Assembly: GCA_045561295.1 (NCBI GenBank)
Contig: JBJKYD010000005.1
Location: 1 to 31,098, forward strand
From: Gammaproteobacteria bacterium
Lineage (GTDB): Bacteria > Pseudomonadota > Gammaproteobacteria > GCA-002705445 > GCA-002716945
Direction of reading: 5' to 3'
DNA: 31,098 nucleotides
Position 1 is the first letter of the stretch, and every line of letters begins with the position of its first letter. The translations under genes were made by a program, and so were the position numbers. This document shows, piece by piece, positions 18,340-26,858 of this stretch. The notes under the pieces were generated by a model. It ran no database searches and was not told the DNA's origin. It saw only the letters and a program-made list of their open reading frames with translations.

Positions 18340-19341
18340 ATGTCTATTATAGTTACAGGTGGCTCAGGATTTATAGGATCTCATTTTATATCGCAATGGG
18401 TTTCACGCACAAATGAACCTGTAATCAATATAGATAAACTCACATATGTATCAGAGACAGATACTATAAACATCAATTCAAAAAACTATATTTTCTTTAA
18501 AGAAGACATTAATAATTATGATTTTTTGACTAATGTAATAAATAAATATAAGCCAAGAGCGATAATAAACTTTGCTGCAGAAACACATGTAGATAATTCA
18601 ATTGAGGAGCCATGTAGTTTTATACACTCTAATGTCAATGGGACATATATACTACTTAAATGTGGGTTGGAGTATTTTCATAAATACATTCAGCCAGAGA
18701 ATAAAAAATTTATTTTTTATCAGATTTCTACTGACGAGGTGTATGGAACACTATCAAAAGAAGAAAGCTCATTCACTGAAGAATCACCATATAATCCAAG
18801 AAATCCATACAGTGCCTGCAAGGCTTCAGCTGATCATATAGTTATGTCTTTTTACAATACATATGGTCTTCCATGTGTAATTTCTCACTGTAGTAATAAT
18901 TTTGGTGAGAGACAGCATTGTGAAAAGCTAATTCCTACAATTATAAGAACAGCTCTTAGAAATGAGAATATTCCAATTTATGGTAGTGGTCTCAATATTA
19001 GAGATTGGATTTATGTAGAAGACCATTGCAATGCTGTGTTAACTATTTTAGAAAAAGAAGTTTGTGGTTCTAAATACAATATAGGTGCAAGCAATGAACT
19101 AACTAACATTGAGCTTACAAAGTTTATTTGTAATAAACTTGACTTGATTAAGCCAAAAGAAACAGGAGGGTCTTATAGTGAAAATATTAAATTTGTAGAT
19201 GACAGAAAAGGCCATGACTTTAGATATTCTTTGAATTGTAATAAGATAAAATCTGAGATTGGGTGGAGCTCAACAAGTAATTTCAACAATGCGTTAGATA
19301 GAACGATAAGTTATTATCTCGATAAATACTTAAAAACCTAA
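18340..19341 (+). CDS. rfbB: dTDP-glucose 4,6-dehydratase
   Basis: VTGGSGFIGS, IDKLTY, NFAAETHVDNSI, ISTDEVYG, PYSACKA, EKLIP, RDWIYVEDH, DRKGHDFRY. ATG 18340 (TTG 18331 is an alternative). Confidence 0.94.
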   Translation: MSIIVTGGSGFIGSHFISQWVSRTNEPVINIDKLTYVSETDTININSKNYIFFKEDINNYDFLTNVINKYKPRAIINFAAETHVDNSIEEPCSFIHSNVNGTYILLKCGLEYFHKYIQPENKKFIFYQISTDEVYGTLSKEESSFTEESPYNPRNPYSACKASADHIVMSFYNTYGLPCVISHCSNNFGERQHCEKLIPTIIRTALRNENIPIYGSGLNIRDWIYVEDHCNAVLTILEKEVCGSKYNIGASNELTNIELTKFICNKLDLIKPKETGGSYSENIKFVDDRKGHDFRYSLNCNKIKSEIGWSSTSNFNNALDRTISYYLDKYLKT

Positions 19342-19468
19342 TACATTTAGGATATGTTTTAACATAATGTTCGATTTTTGAATAAACGGCATGATTAATG
19401 CACACAAATATAAAGAATAATACTAAAAAGCTAAAATTAGCATATATTTACGTGATGGAGAGAGAATC

Positions 19469-20713
19469 TTGTTTATAAATTATATCAAAGGATACTTAGT
19501 AAACTATAGGAACTCAGAATCTTTAGGTTATTTGATATCTTCCTTGGTAATGTTTTATGTTATATCTAACTTCCTCCCATTTAGGACTTATAATCTATTT
19601 TTTATAGTTGTTTTATTACTATCTTTGCCATTCATTAGTAACAAAATCAATAATCCTATCCAATATGAACGAGTTTTTATTTTATCTTTACCAATCTTTT
19701 TTTTAATAATTCTTATTTCTGCAATTTATCATAATGTTGAGATCCATGAGATAGACAATTATTCACGTTTCCTTCTTTGCATACCGATATATTTTCTATT
19801 CAGATCTGTTGGCGTATCATCAAGTACGCTAGCATACGGAATCATTACTGCTTCGATATTTGGTGGTGTTGTATCAATTCACGAATATTATAACTTAAAC
19901 ATTGAAAGATCAGGGATTATCTCAAGTGTAGTAATCACTTATGGTAACTTATGCATGTCTATGTTCATATTTCTTATAGTCTGTTTGAGGTTTTGTGATC
20001 ACTTAAAAATAAATAGAAAACTGATATACCTTGCATTGATAATGTCATTGACTGGATGGTTATTCACATTTACTAGAGGATCATTAATAGGTGCGGCACT
20101 CTGTATTCCTTTTTTATTATCCAATAAATTTTCTGAAAACAGAAAAGCTAAGATAATCATCATATTATTATTATCTTTAACGATTTTAATAAGTCCAATG
20201 TCTCAGAGAATAACATCTATATTAAATGATGTGCCCAATATTAGTTATAACCAGATAGAGATGGATACAATCAATACATCTTTAAAGGAGCGCATCATAT
20301 ATGCGAATGTCGCACTTGATGCTATCGAAAATTATCCTTTGATTGGCATAGGCCTAGATGGTTTTGATGATTATACTAAAAAGATTTATCCAAACTTTAA
20401 CTTTAATCTAACAGATCATGCACATAATGATTTTCTTGATATATTCGCTAAAGTTGGGATTTTTGGTTTCATCTCACTACTTTACCTACTGCTAATAAGT
20501 ATGTATTTTTTTTATGTCCATTACCAAAATAATAATGCAAATATCAAATACTACTCTGCTATCGGTATACTTACATGTACTTCACAAATAGGCTTCATGT
20601 TAACCCAGTCTCAGTTCGCACATCATCAAGCGACACTTTTTTTTATTATAATACTAGTTCTTGCTGCTGGACAGGTAAGCCACCTAGTCAGATCTAAATC
20701 TTATTATCAATAA
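19469..20713 (+). CDS. O-antigen ligase family (WaaL/Wzy_C) membrane protein
   Basis: Many TM segments, T.TRGS motif, periplasmic ER...YPLIGIG...DHAHNDFLD..AKVG signature. GGAG precedes the TTG start. Confidence 0.88.
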   Translation: MFINYIKGYLVNYRNSESLGYLISSLVMFYVISNFLPFRTYNLFFIVVLLLSLPFISNKINNPIQYERVFILSLPIFFLIILISAIYHNVEIHEIDNYSRFLLCIPIYFLFRSVGVSSSTLAYGIITASIFGGVVSIHEYYNLNIERSGIISSVVITYGNLCMSMFIFLIVCLRFCDHLKINRKLIYLALIMSLTGWLFTFTRGSLIGAALCIPFLLSNKFSENRKAKIIIILLLSLTILISPMSQRITSILNDVPNISYNQIEMDTINTSLKERIIYANVALDAIENYPLIGIGLDGFDDYTKKIYPNFNFNLTDHAHNDFLDIFAKVGIFGFISLLYLLLISMYFFYVHYQNNNANIKYYSAIGILTCTSQIGFMLTQSQFAHHQATLFFIIILVLAAGQVSHLVRSKSYYQ

Positions 20714-21289
20714 GGAAATCATAAAGGAGACGATACCGAAGATTATAATTATATCTGAGTCTGATGGTTTTACTTCTTTTATGCTACTTTTGCTGATGAC
20801 AATAAGCTCATCAGTACTTTTGTTTGATAGTTCTGCAATCCTTAAGTTATACTTTGCAATAGCTACTTTGATTGCTGTATTTTTCGAGTCATTTCTTTCA
20901 AGTTCGGATACTATATTTTTAGCTTCTTTTACAGCATTACTCTTATAATTATTGATTGTAGTATTCACAATTGAATCTAAATCGCTAGAAATCTTTTCTT
21001 TATTATCTGAGAATATCGTCAAAATTTCACTGTGTTTATTATATTTCAAATAAGGATAATCAAGACTACGATCAATGCCTGATAGTTGCAGTTTACTAAG
21101 TATGTATGGATCATAAACTAAGTCTGTTGGATTTAATTCACCCGATAAACTTATCAATCTTGTATTCATCTTATATGCGTCCGCTGTCAAATAGCTAATT
21201 AAAATACCAAATAACAGGCCTAAGACTACAGATCTTAATATGAAATTAAAATTGTTAAGAATAGATGCAAATAAATTTGAGATATTCAT
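20684..21289 (-). CDS. Short Wzz/polysaccharide co-polymerase-like membrane protein
   Basis: Two terminal TM helices (ILRSVVLGLLFGILISYL followed by the Wzz-like ..Y.....L; KP..IIIIFGIVSFMISLLII) flanking a helical, coiled-coil-like region; glycan-locus context. Confidence 0.6.
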   Translation of the reverse strand: MNISNLFASILNNFNFILRSVVLGLLFGILISYLTADAYKMNTRLISLSGELNPTDLVYDPYILSKLQLSGIDRSLDYPYLKYNKHSEILTIFSDNKEKISSDLDSIVNTTINNYKSNAVKEAKNIVSELERNDSKNTAIKVAIAKYNLRIAELSNKSTDELIVISKSSIKEVKPSDSDIIIIFGIVSFMISLLIIRFRSD

Positions 21290-21313
21290 TTTATATTAAT
21301 ATTTAAGTATATT

Positions 21314-21342
21314 TTGACGTTAATCGTTTTAGAGTATACCAT
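21314..21342 (+). promoter_or_regulatory. Putative sigma70 promoter for the nucleotide-sugar/wzx operon
   Basis: TTGACG (21314-21319), 17-nt spacer, TACCAT (21337-21342); SD-like GAAGGGG before ATG 21394. Confidence 0.5.
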
Positions 21343-21393
21343 TCATCTATGTATTATTGTGGGTAATATTAGTATGTTTTTTCGAAGGGGTCT

Positions 21394-22398
21394 ATGAAAA
21401 TTCTTGTAACAGGGTCAGCCGGTTTCATAGGGATGCATGTTTGTATCAAACTCTTAGATCAGGGTCATGAAGTCATTGGTATAGATAATCTTAATGATTA
21501 CTATGAGATTAGTCTTAAAAATGATCGTACAGAGAATATAAAAAGCAAACATGATTTCACATTTATTAAACTAGATATCTCTAATAAAAACGAACTTCTC
21601 AATCTGGCCGAGTCATATAATTTTGATATTGTAATTAATTTAGCTGCACAAGGAGGCGTTCGTTACTCTATTATTAATCCAGACTCATATATAAAAAATA
21701 ATATGATTGGATTTTATAATATTCTTGAATATGTCAGAAATAATAATATAAAGAAATTATTGTATGCAAGTAGCTCGAGCGTGTATGGTTTAAGTACAAA
21801 AGAGAATTTTAATGAGAATGACGATACTGACAATCCTATTAGTTTATATGCTGCCACTAAAAAGTCCAACGAATTACTAGCCCACTCTTACAGTCATCTG
21901 TATAATATTGGAACAGTTGGCCTAAGATTTTTTACAGTCTATGGTCCATGGGGTCGACCTGATATGGCATTATTTTCATTCGTGAGATCAATTTTGAATG
22001 GTCAGGAGATTGAGATTTATAATCATGGAAAAATGACTAGAGACTTCACTTACATAGATGATATATCAAATGCTGTTGCTAAAATTGCTGAACTAGACTT
22101 TTCTAAAATTGAGCATAATACTATAAATAAAAATAAAAATTTCTCTATTTATAATATTGGTAATAGTCAGCCAAGATCCTTAATGGAATATGTCGAGGCG
22201 TTAGAAAATAAAATTGGAATTACAGCAAAAAAGAAATATTTGCCAATTCAACTTGGAGATGTTTTAAGAACTTCATCATGCACTAAACTTCTAAATCAAT
22301 TAATTGACTATAAACCTTCAACTGATATTGAACAGGGCATATCACACTTTGTTGATTGGTATTGTGATTATTATGAGTCTAATTATCCAGGAAGGTAA
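21394..22398 (+). CDS. UDP-glucuronate 4-epimerase (Uge/LpsL/CapI-like SDR)
   Basis: VTGSAGFIG, GIDNLNDYY, LAAQGGVRYS, YASSSSVYG, SLYAATKK, GLRFFTVYGPWGRPDMA, RDFTYIDD. Confidence 0.9.
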   Translation: MKILVTGSAGFIGMHVCIKLLDQGHEVIGIDNLNDYYEISLKNDRTENIKSKHDFTFIKLDISNKNELLNLAESYNFDIVINLAAQGGVRYSIINPDSYIKNNMIGFYNILEYVRNNNIKKLLYASSSSVYGLSTKENFNENDDTDNPISLYAATKKSNELLAHSYSHLYNIGTVGLRFFTVYGPWGRPDMALFSFVRSILNGQEIEIYNHGKMTRDFTYIDDISNAVAKIAELDFSKIEHNTINKNKNFSIYNIGNSQPRSLMEYVEALENKIGITAKKKYLPIQLGDVLRTSSCTKLLNQLIDYKPSTDIEQGISHFVDWYCDYYESNYPGR

Positions 22399-23379
22399 AT
22401 GAATTGGTTAATTACGGGTGGTTGCGGATTTATAGGAACTTCACTAATAAGTAGAATATTATATGAAGACAAAAATTCAAAAATTGTTGTCATAGACAAT
22501 CTAAAAGTTGGACAAAAGGAGGATTTAGCTCAAGTTTGTAACTTTGATGAAGTTACAACCAAAGACTTATCAGGCGCTAATCCTGTTAAATTTATCCACG
22601 GAGATATTATGGATGATAAAACTTCAGATATTCTTTGTCAGGGCATGGATGCTATAATCCATCTTGCAGCTAACACAGGCGTTCAACCATCTATCGAAAA
22701 TCCACTTGAAGATCTTCAAAATAATATTATTGGAACCTTTAATTATCTGAATGCTGCAAGGAAATCTAAAGTCAATATATTTATAACTGCATCCAGCGGA
22801 GCTACTTTAGGCAATGCTGAGCCTCCACTTCATGAGGACATGCTTACAAGGCCGATATCACCATATGGTGCTAGCAAATTAGCAACAGAGGCATATTGCT
22901 CAGCATTCTATAACTCATATGGTCTTAAAACTGCCGTATTAAGGTTTAGCAATGTATACGGACCGCTATCACATAGGAAGAATAGTGTTGTTGCTAAATT
23001 TATAAGAAGTAGTTTACTAAAAAATATCATTCAAATAAATGGTAATGGATCACAAACAAGGGACTTTATTTATATTGATGATCTTGTTGATGCAATCTAT
23101 AAGTGTGCTGTATCAAATATAATCCAGTGTGATATTCTGCAAATTGCTTCAGGCAGAGAGACAAGTATTAATCAATTATCAGAAATAATAATACATGCAT
23201 TAAAACGTAGACCATATGCTAACATAGTAATTGAACATCGCGATTCTCTTATAGGTGATACAAAGAGAAATTATGCTGTGATTGAAAAAGCTTCTAATTT
23301 ACTAAATTGGAAACCAATGGAACCTCTTAATTCGGGAATTGAGAAAACTATTGATTTTTTCATTAACAAAGAATTATGA
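22399..23379 (+). CDS. NAD-dependent nucleotide-sugar epimerase/dehydratase (GalE-like extended SDR)
   Basis: ITGGCGFIG, HLAA, PISPYGASK (YxxxK), LRFSNVYGP, G.GSQTRDFIYIDD. Confidence 0.88.
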   Translation: MNWLITGGCGFIGTSLISRILYEDKNSKIVVIDNLKVGQKEDLAQVCNFDEVTTKDLSGANPVKFIHGDIMDDKTSDILCQGMDAIIHLAANTGVQPSIENPLEDLQNNIIGTFNYLNAARKSKVNIFITASSGATLGNAEPPLHEDMLTRPISPYGASKLATEAYCSAFYNSYGLKTAVLRFSNVYGPLSHRKNSVVAKFIRSSLLKNIIQINGNGSQTRDFIYIDDLVDAIYKCAVSNIIQCDILQIASGRETSINQLSEIIIHALKRRPYANIVIEHRDSLIGDTKRNYAVIEKASNLLNWKPMEPLNSGIEKTIDFFINKEL

Positions 23380-24440
23380 ATAGAATTATTAAAAGTAAAA
23401 AAATATTGATAACTGGCTCATGCGGATCAATCGGTAAAAAATTAATTGATGCCTTATTGGATAATGAAAATAACGCGCCATCATTGATATTAGGATTAGA
23501 TAATAGCGAAAATGGAATTTTTATACAAGATCAGAAATATCATGATAACGATAAGGTTCACTTTAGGTTGTGTGACATCCGAGAGAAATCTCAATTAGCT
23601 GAATATTTCAAGGATATTGATATTGTATTCCATCTTGCTGCCTTGAAGCATGTTGCCGTATGCGAGAAATCACCCCAACAAGCTATTATGACAAATATAA
23701 GAGGTATTCAGAATATTATTGATGTATCTAAGGAGAACAATGTCTCTAGAGTCATATTTACTAGTTCAGACAAAGCAGTAAATCCTACGAACGTCATGGG
23801 TGCATCGAAACTTATGGGAGAGAGACTTATCACCGCAGCTAATCATGCTTCAAGTTCAAAAACGATATTCGCTTCGATAAGATTTGGAAACGTACTTGGA
23901 TCTAATGGATCGGTTATACCTATCTTCTTTAATCAAATAAAAAAAAATACAGCTATTACTCTTACATCTAAAGAAATGACAAGATTCGTTATGACTATAA
24001 AAAATGCTGTAGATTTAATCCTGGAAAGCACAAGCCTAGCAAAAGGAGGAGAGATATTTATTTGTAAAATGCCTGTACTGAATATTAATGAGCTGGCACA
24101 AGCAATGATTCTAAAATTTAGCCCAAATAAGAAAAATCCTATTAAGATTATTGGCTCTAAGCCTGGGGAAAAAGAATATGAGGAGTTGATGACTTCAGAA
24201 GAATGCAGAAGAACAATTGAGCTCAAGGATATGTTATGTATTACTCCCGCATTAAAATCAATGTATCATAAAGTAAACTTCAAATACCCTAATCAAGTCA
24301 AAGCTCCTGCACGAAAACCATACATATCATCAGAAGAAAAAAGACTTTCAAAAAAAGAAATTTTATCATTACTTGATATTGATGATTTATTTGACAATCT
24401 GAACGACCATCAAACTGAAAGATATTGGCCAGGTGACTAG
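23376..24440 (+). CDS. Soluble UDP-HexNAc 4,6-dehydratase (Polysacc_synt_2; CapD/FnlA/PseB-related)
   Basis: ITGSCGSIG, FHLAALKHV, SSDKAVNPTNVMGASK, RFGNVLGSNGSVIP, MTRF, PGEK.YEEL; no N-terminal TM domain. Confidence 0.88.
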   Translation: MNRIIKSKKILITGSCGSIGKKLIDALLDNENNAPSLILGLDNSENGIFIQDQKYHDNDKVHFRLCDIREKSQLAEYFKDIDIVFHLAALKHVAVCEKSPQQAIMTNIRGIQNIIDVSKENNVSRVIFTSSDKAVNPTNVMGASKLMGERLITAANHASSSKTIFASIRFGNVLGSNGSVIPIFFNQIKKNTAITLTSKEMTRFVMTIKNAVDLILESTSLAKGGEIFICKMPVLNINELAQAMILKFSPNKKNPIKIIGSKPGEKEYEELMTSEECRRTIELKDMLCITPALKSMYHKVNFKYPNQVKAPARKPYISSEEKRLSKKEILSLLDIDDLFDNLNDHQTERYWPGD

Positions 24441-24451
24441 AAGGTAGAAAA

Positions 24452-25597
24452 ATGAAAATTATCATTCTAGGTGGAAAAGGATATTTGGGTTGGCCGATGT
24501 CTGTCAGCCTCGCACGTGCAGGAAATCAAGTAATTATTATTGATAATTCAATCAAATCTCACATGTCTAAGGATGAAAACGTTCAACCTCTTTTCTCAAA
24601 TTCATTTTCAAATAAATTAAAAATCTTCAATAGAGAATGTAAGAATAAAATAATCTCACATAATATAGACTGTTGTAAATACTCCCATTTGTCAAAGATA
24701 GTCCACCAAACCAAGCCTGATGCGATAATTCACTTTGCAGAACAGGCATCTGCGCCATATTCAATGAAAAATTATGAAACATCTCGATATACTGTTCATA
24801 ATAACATTATCTCAACATTGAATGTAGTTCATGCCATAAAAGAATTTTCTCCAAAAACACATTTGATAAAGCTTGGAACAATGGGAGAATATGGCACTCC
24901 TAACATAGATATTGAAGAGGGATGGATTACTATAAAGCATAAAAATCGAAAACAGAAATTCATTTATCCAAGAGAAGCATCCAGTTTGTATCATACATCA
25001 AAAATTCTAGATACTGATTTGATATGGTTCTATGTCAGAAATTATAACTTAAGAGTTACTGATCTAATGCAAGGACCTGTATATGGATTTGAGACCGAGG
25101 CTATGAGGGCAAATACCAAACTATTTACTAATTTATATTACGATACAATTTTTGGCACAGTTATTAATAGATTTATTGTTCAGGCATGTGCCAATGAACC
25201 ATTAACAATTTACGGCAAAGGAGAACAAACAAGAGGATATATAAACTTAAAGGATACATTACAATGTATCTCGATTGCATTAAAAAATAAAGCAAAAAGA
25301 GGAGAACTAAAAATTTATAATCAATTTACAGAATCATTCACTGTCAATCAGATCGCGGATAAAGTTGTAAATGCTGGTAAGAAATTGAATATTCAAGTCA
25401 AAGTTAAACACATCAAAAATCCTCGAAAAGAAAAAGAAAAACATTACTACAATATAAAGAATACTGGTTTAAAAAGATTAGGACTTAGATCACATTTACT
25501 TACAGAAAAAAGTATTATTGATATGATGACGCACGTACTCAATTACATTAACAAGAAAAAAATTAAGATAAATAATTCATATGTTAAATGGACGTAA
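24452..25597 (+). CDS. sqdB: UDP-sulfoquinovose synthase homologue (SqdB/SQD1/Agl3 family)
   Basis: GG.GYLGW, HFAEQ.SAPYSM, HLIKLGTMGEYGTPNIDIEEG, SSLYHTSK, TDL.QG.VYG, YD.IFGT.INRF..QA, PLTIYGKG.QTRGY, NQFTE.F, NPR.E.E.HYYN. All are collinear with the plant SQD1 sequence as recalled. Confidence 0.9.
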   Translation: MKIIILGGKGYLGWPMSVSLARAGNQVIIIDNSIKSHMSKDENVQPLFSNSFSNKLKIFNRECKNKIISHNIDCCKYSHLSKIVHQTKPDAIIHFAEQASAPYSMKNYETSRYTVHNNIISTLNVVHAIKEFSPKTHLIKLGTMGEYGTPNIDIEEGWITIKHKNRKQKFIYPREASSLYHTSKILDTDLIWFYVRNYNLRVTDLMQGPVYGFETEAMRANTKLFTNLYYDTIFGTVINRFIVQACANEPLTIYGKGEQTRGYINLKDTLQCISIALKNKAKRGELKIYNQFTESFTVNQIADKVVNAGKKLNIQVKVKHIKNPRKEKEKHYYNIKNTGLKRLGLRSHLLTEKSIIDMMTHVLNYINKKKIKINNSYVKWT

Positions 25598-26858
25598 GCT
25601 CATAAATACTCTAAGAAGCAGCTTTAAAACATCTGAAGTATTTTACGTAGTTACAAGCCAGATCTTATTCGTTATGCTATCATTCGTCTTGGTAAAAATT
25701 CTTACAAACAATTTATCAATATCTAATTATGGGTATCTAGCCTTAATTCTTACGCTAATTTCTTTTTTTACACAGGTCTTTTTGGGTGGTATAAATGCTT
25801 CATTTAGTAGGTATTATTCTATTTCCATCTCTAATGTAAACATAAAGGGCTATGCCAATTCATTAAGAAAGCTTATCAAATATTTAGTATCAATATTATT
25901 CTTAATAATACTAGTACTTTTTGTTATAGAAAATATTTCCTATTCACTAGACTTAAAAATTTTTATGTATGCAGTGGCATTTGCAATCACTGCTGGTTAT
26001 TCATCAATACTCAATCAAATATTAAATATAGCAAAAAAAAGAGCAAGCTCATCAATTAGTCTCGTACTCGAGACTTCTCTAAAGATATTTATCATTCTAA
26101 TGCTAATAGGATATTATGAACTATCCGTAGATCTTATAATTATAAGTTTTCTAATATCCTCACTCGTGGCATTAATGATTCAACATATTTTTGTTACTGA
26201 CTTATTATCAGCGAATGATAATTCAGGAAATAATTATGACTGTTTTACAGATATAATTAAATATGCAGTTCCATATATTCCATGGACTTTTATAATATGG
26301 TTGCAACAAATCTCAGATAAATGGTTTCTAGAGATATATACATCTCGTGACGATGTTGGAGGTTTTGCGCTTCTGTTTCAGATAGGATTTGTTCCAATAA
26401 TTTTTCTATTTACTACATTAAATAGATTAATTAGTCCCGTTATCTATAACAACGATACACTTAACTCATCTAATATTAATACTATAATTTACAATTATAT
26501 TATATATGCTGCATTTGGATTTGGACTAATACTAGTGTATCTATCCTGGAACTATAGTGTTGACATAATTTTGCTTTTCTCTCATCCAAAATTTTTATCA
26601 TATGCATCATTTTTACATTTATTTATATTATCCGGTATATTATTTGGGTTAAGTGAGATATTTTTACTAAAGATGCAATCAAAAATGAAAGTCAGATTAC
26701 TAAATTATGTAAAATCAATCCTCGGATTATTTGGAATAACAATCAATTTTATCGGTGTATATTTCTATGGTTTTGTTGGTTTAGTTTACTCACTAGTGAT
26801 CTTTTCTCTCATTAATTTAATTTCAATGTACTACTATTCTTTCTCATATGAAAGATAA
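25581..26858 (+). CDS. Wzx-type oligosaccharide flippase
   Basis: About 12 TM segments; ILT..LS..NYG, SFSRYY, SDKWFL......DVG.F pattern typical of MOP/Wzx exporters. Confidence 0.85.
   Translation: MLNGRKLINTLRSSFKTSEVFYVVTSQILFVMLSFVLVKILTNNLSISNYGYLALILTLISFFTQVFLGGINASFSRYYSISISNVNIKGYANSLRKLIKYLVSILFLIILVLFVIENISYSLDLKIFMYAVAFAITAGYSSILNQILNIAKKRASSSISLVLETSLKIFIILMLIGYYELSVDLIIISFLISSLVALMIQHIFVTDLLSANDNSGNNYDCFTDIIKYAVPYIPWTFIIWLQQISDKWFLEIYTSRDDVGGFALLFQIGFVPIIFLFTTLNRLISPVIYNNDTLNSSNINTIIYNYIIYAAFGFGLILVYLSWNYSVDIILLFSHPKFLSYASFLHLFILSGILFGLSEIFLLKMQSKMKVRLLNYVKSILGLFGITINFIGVYFYGFVGLVYSLVIFSLINLISMYYYSFSYER

Noticed and set aside
19342-19468. Three small inverted repeats and an NrdR-box-like stretch upstream of the ligase gene
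   Set aside because: Arms are only 4-6 bp and AT-rich, and the right half of the NrdR consensus is missing; consistent with chance.
21290-21393. JUMPstart/ops (RfaH) element ahead of the sugar operon
   Set aside because: No GGCGGTAG-type sequence was seen.
2884-24994. Short antisense or alternate-frame ORFs in the track (e.g. 3509..4012, 5544..5780, 13120..13488, 18602..18841, 23933..24226)
   Set aside because: All lie within or almost wholly within well-supported genes, lack recognisable motifs and read like shadow ORFs.
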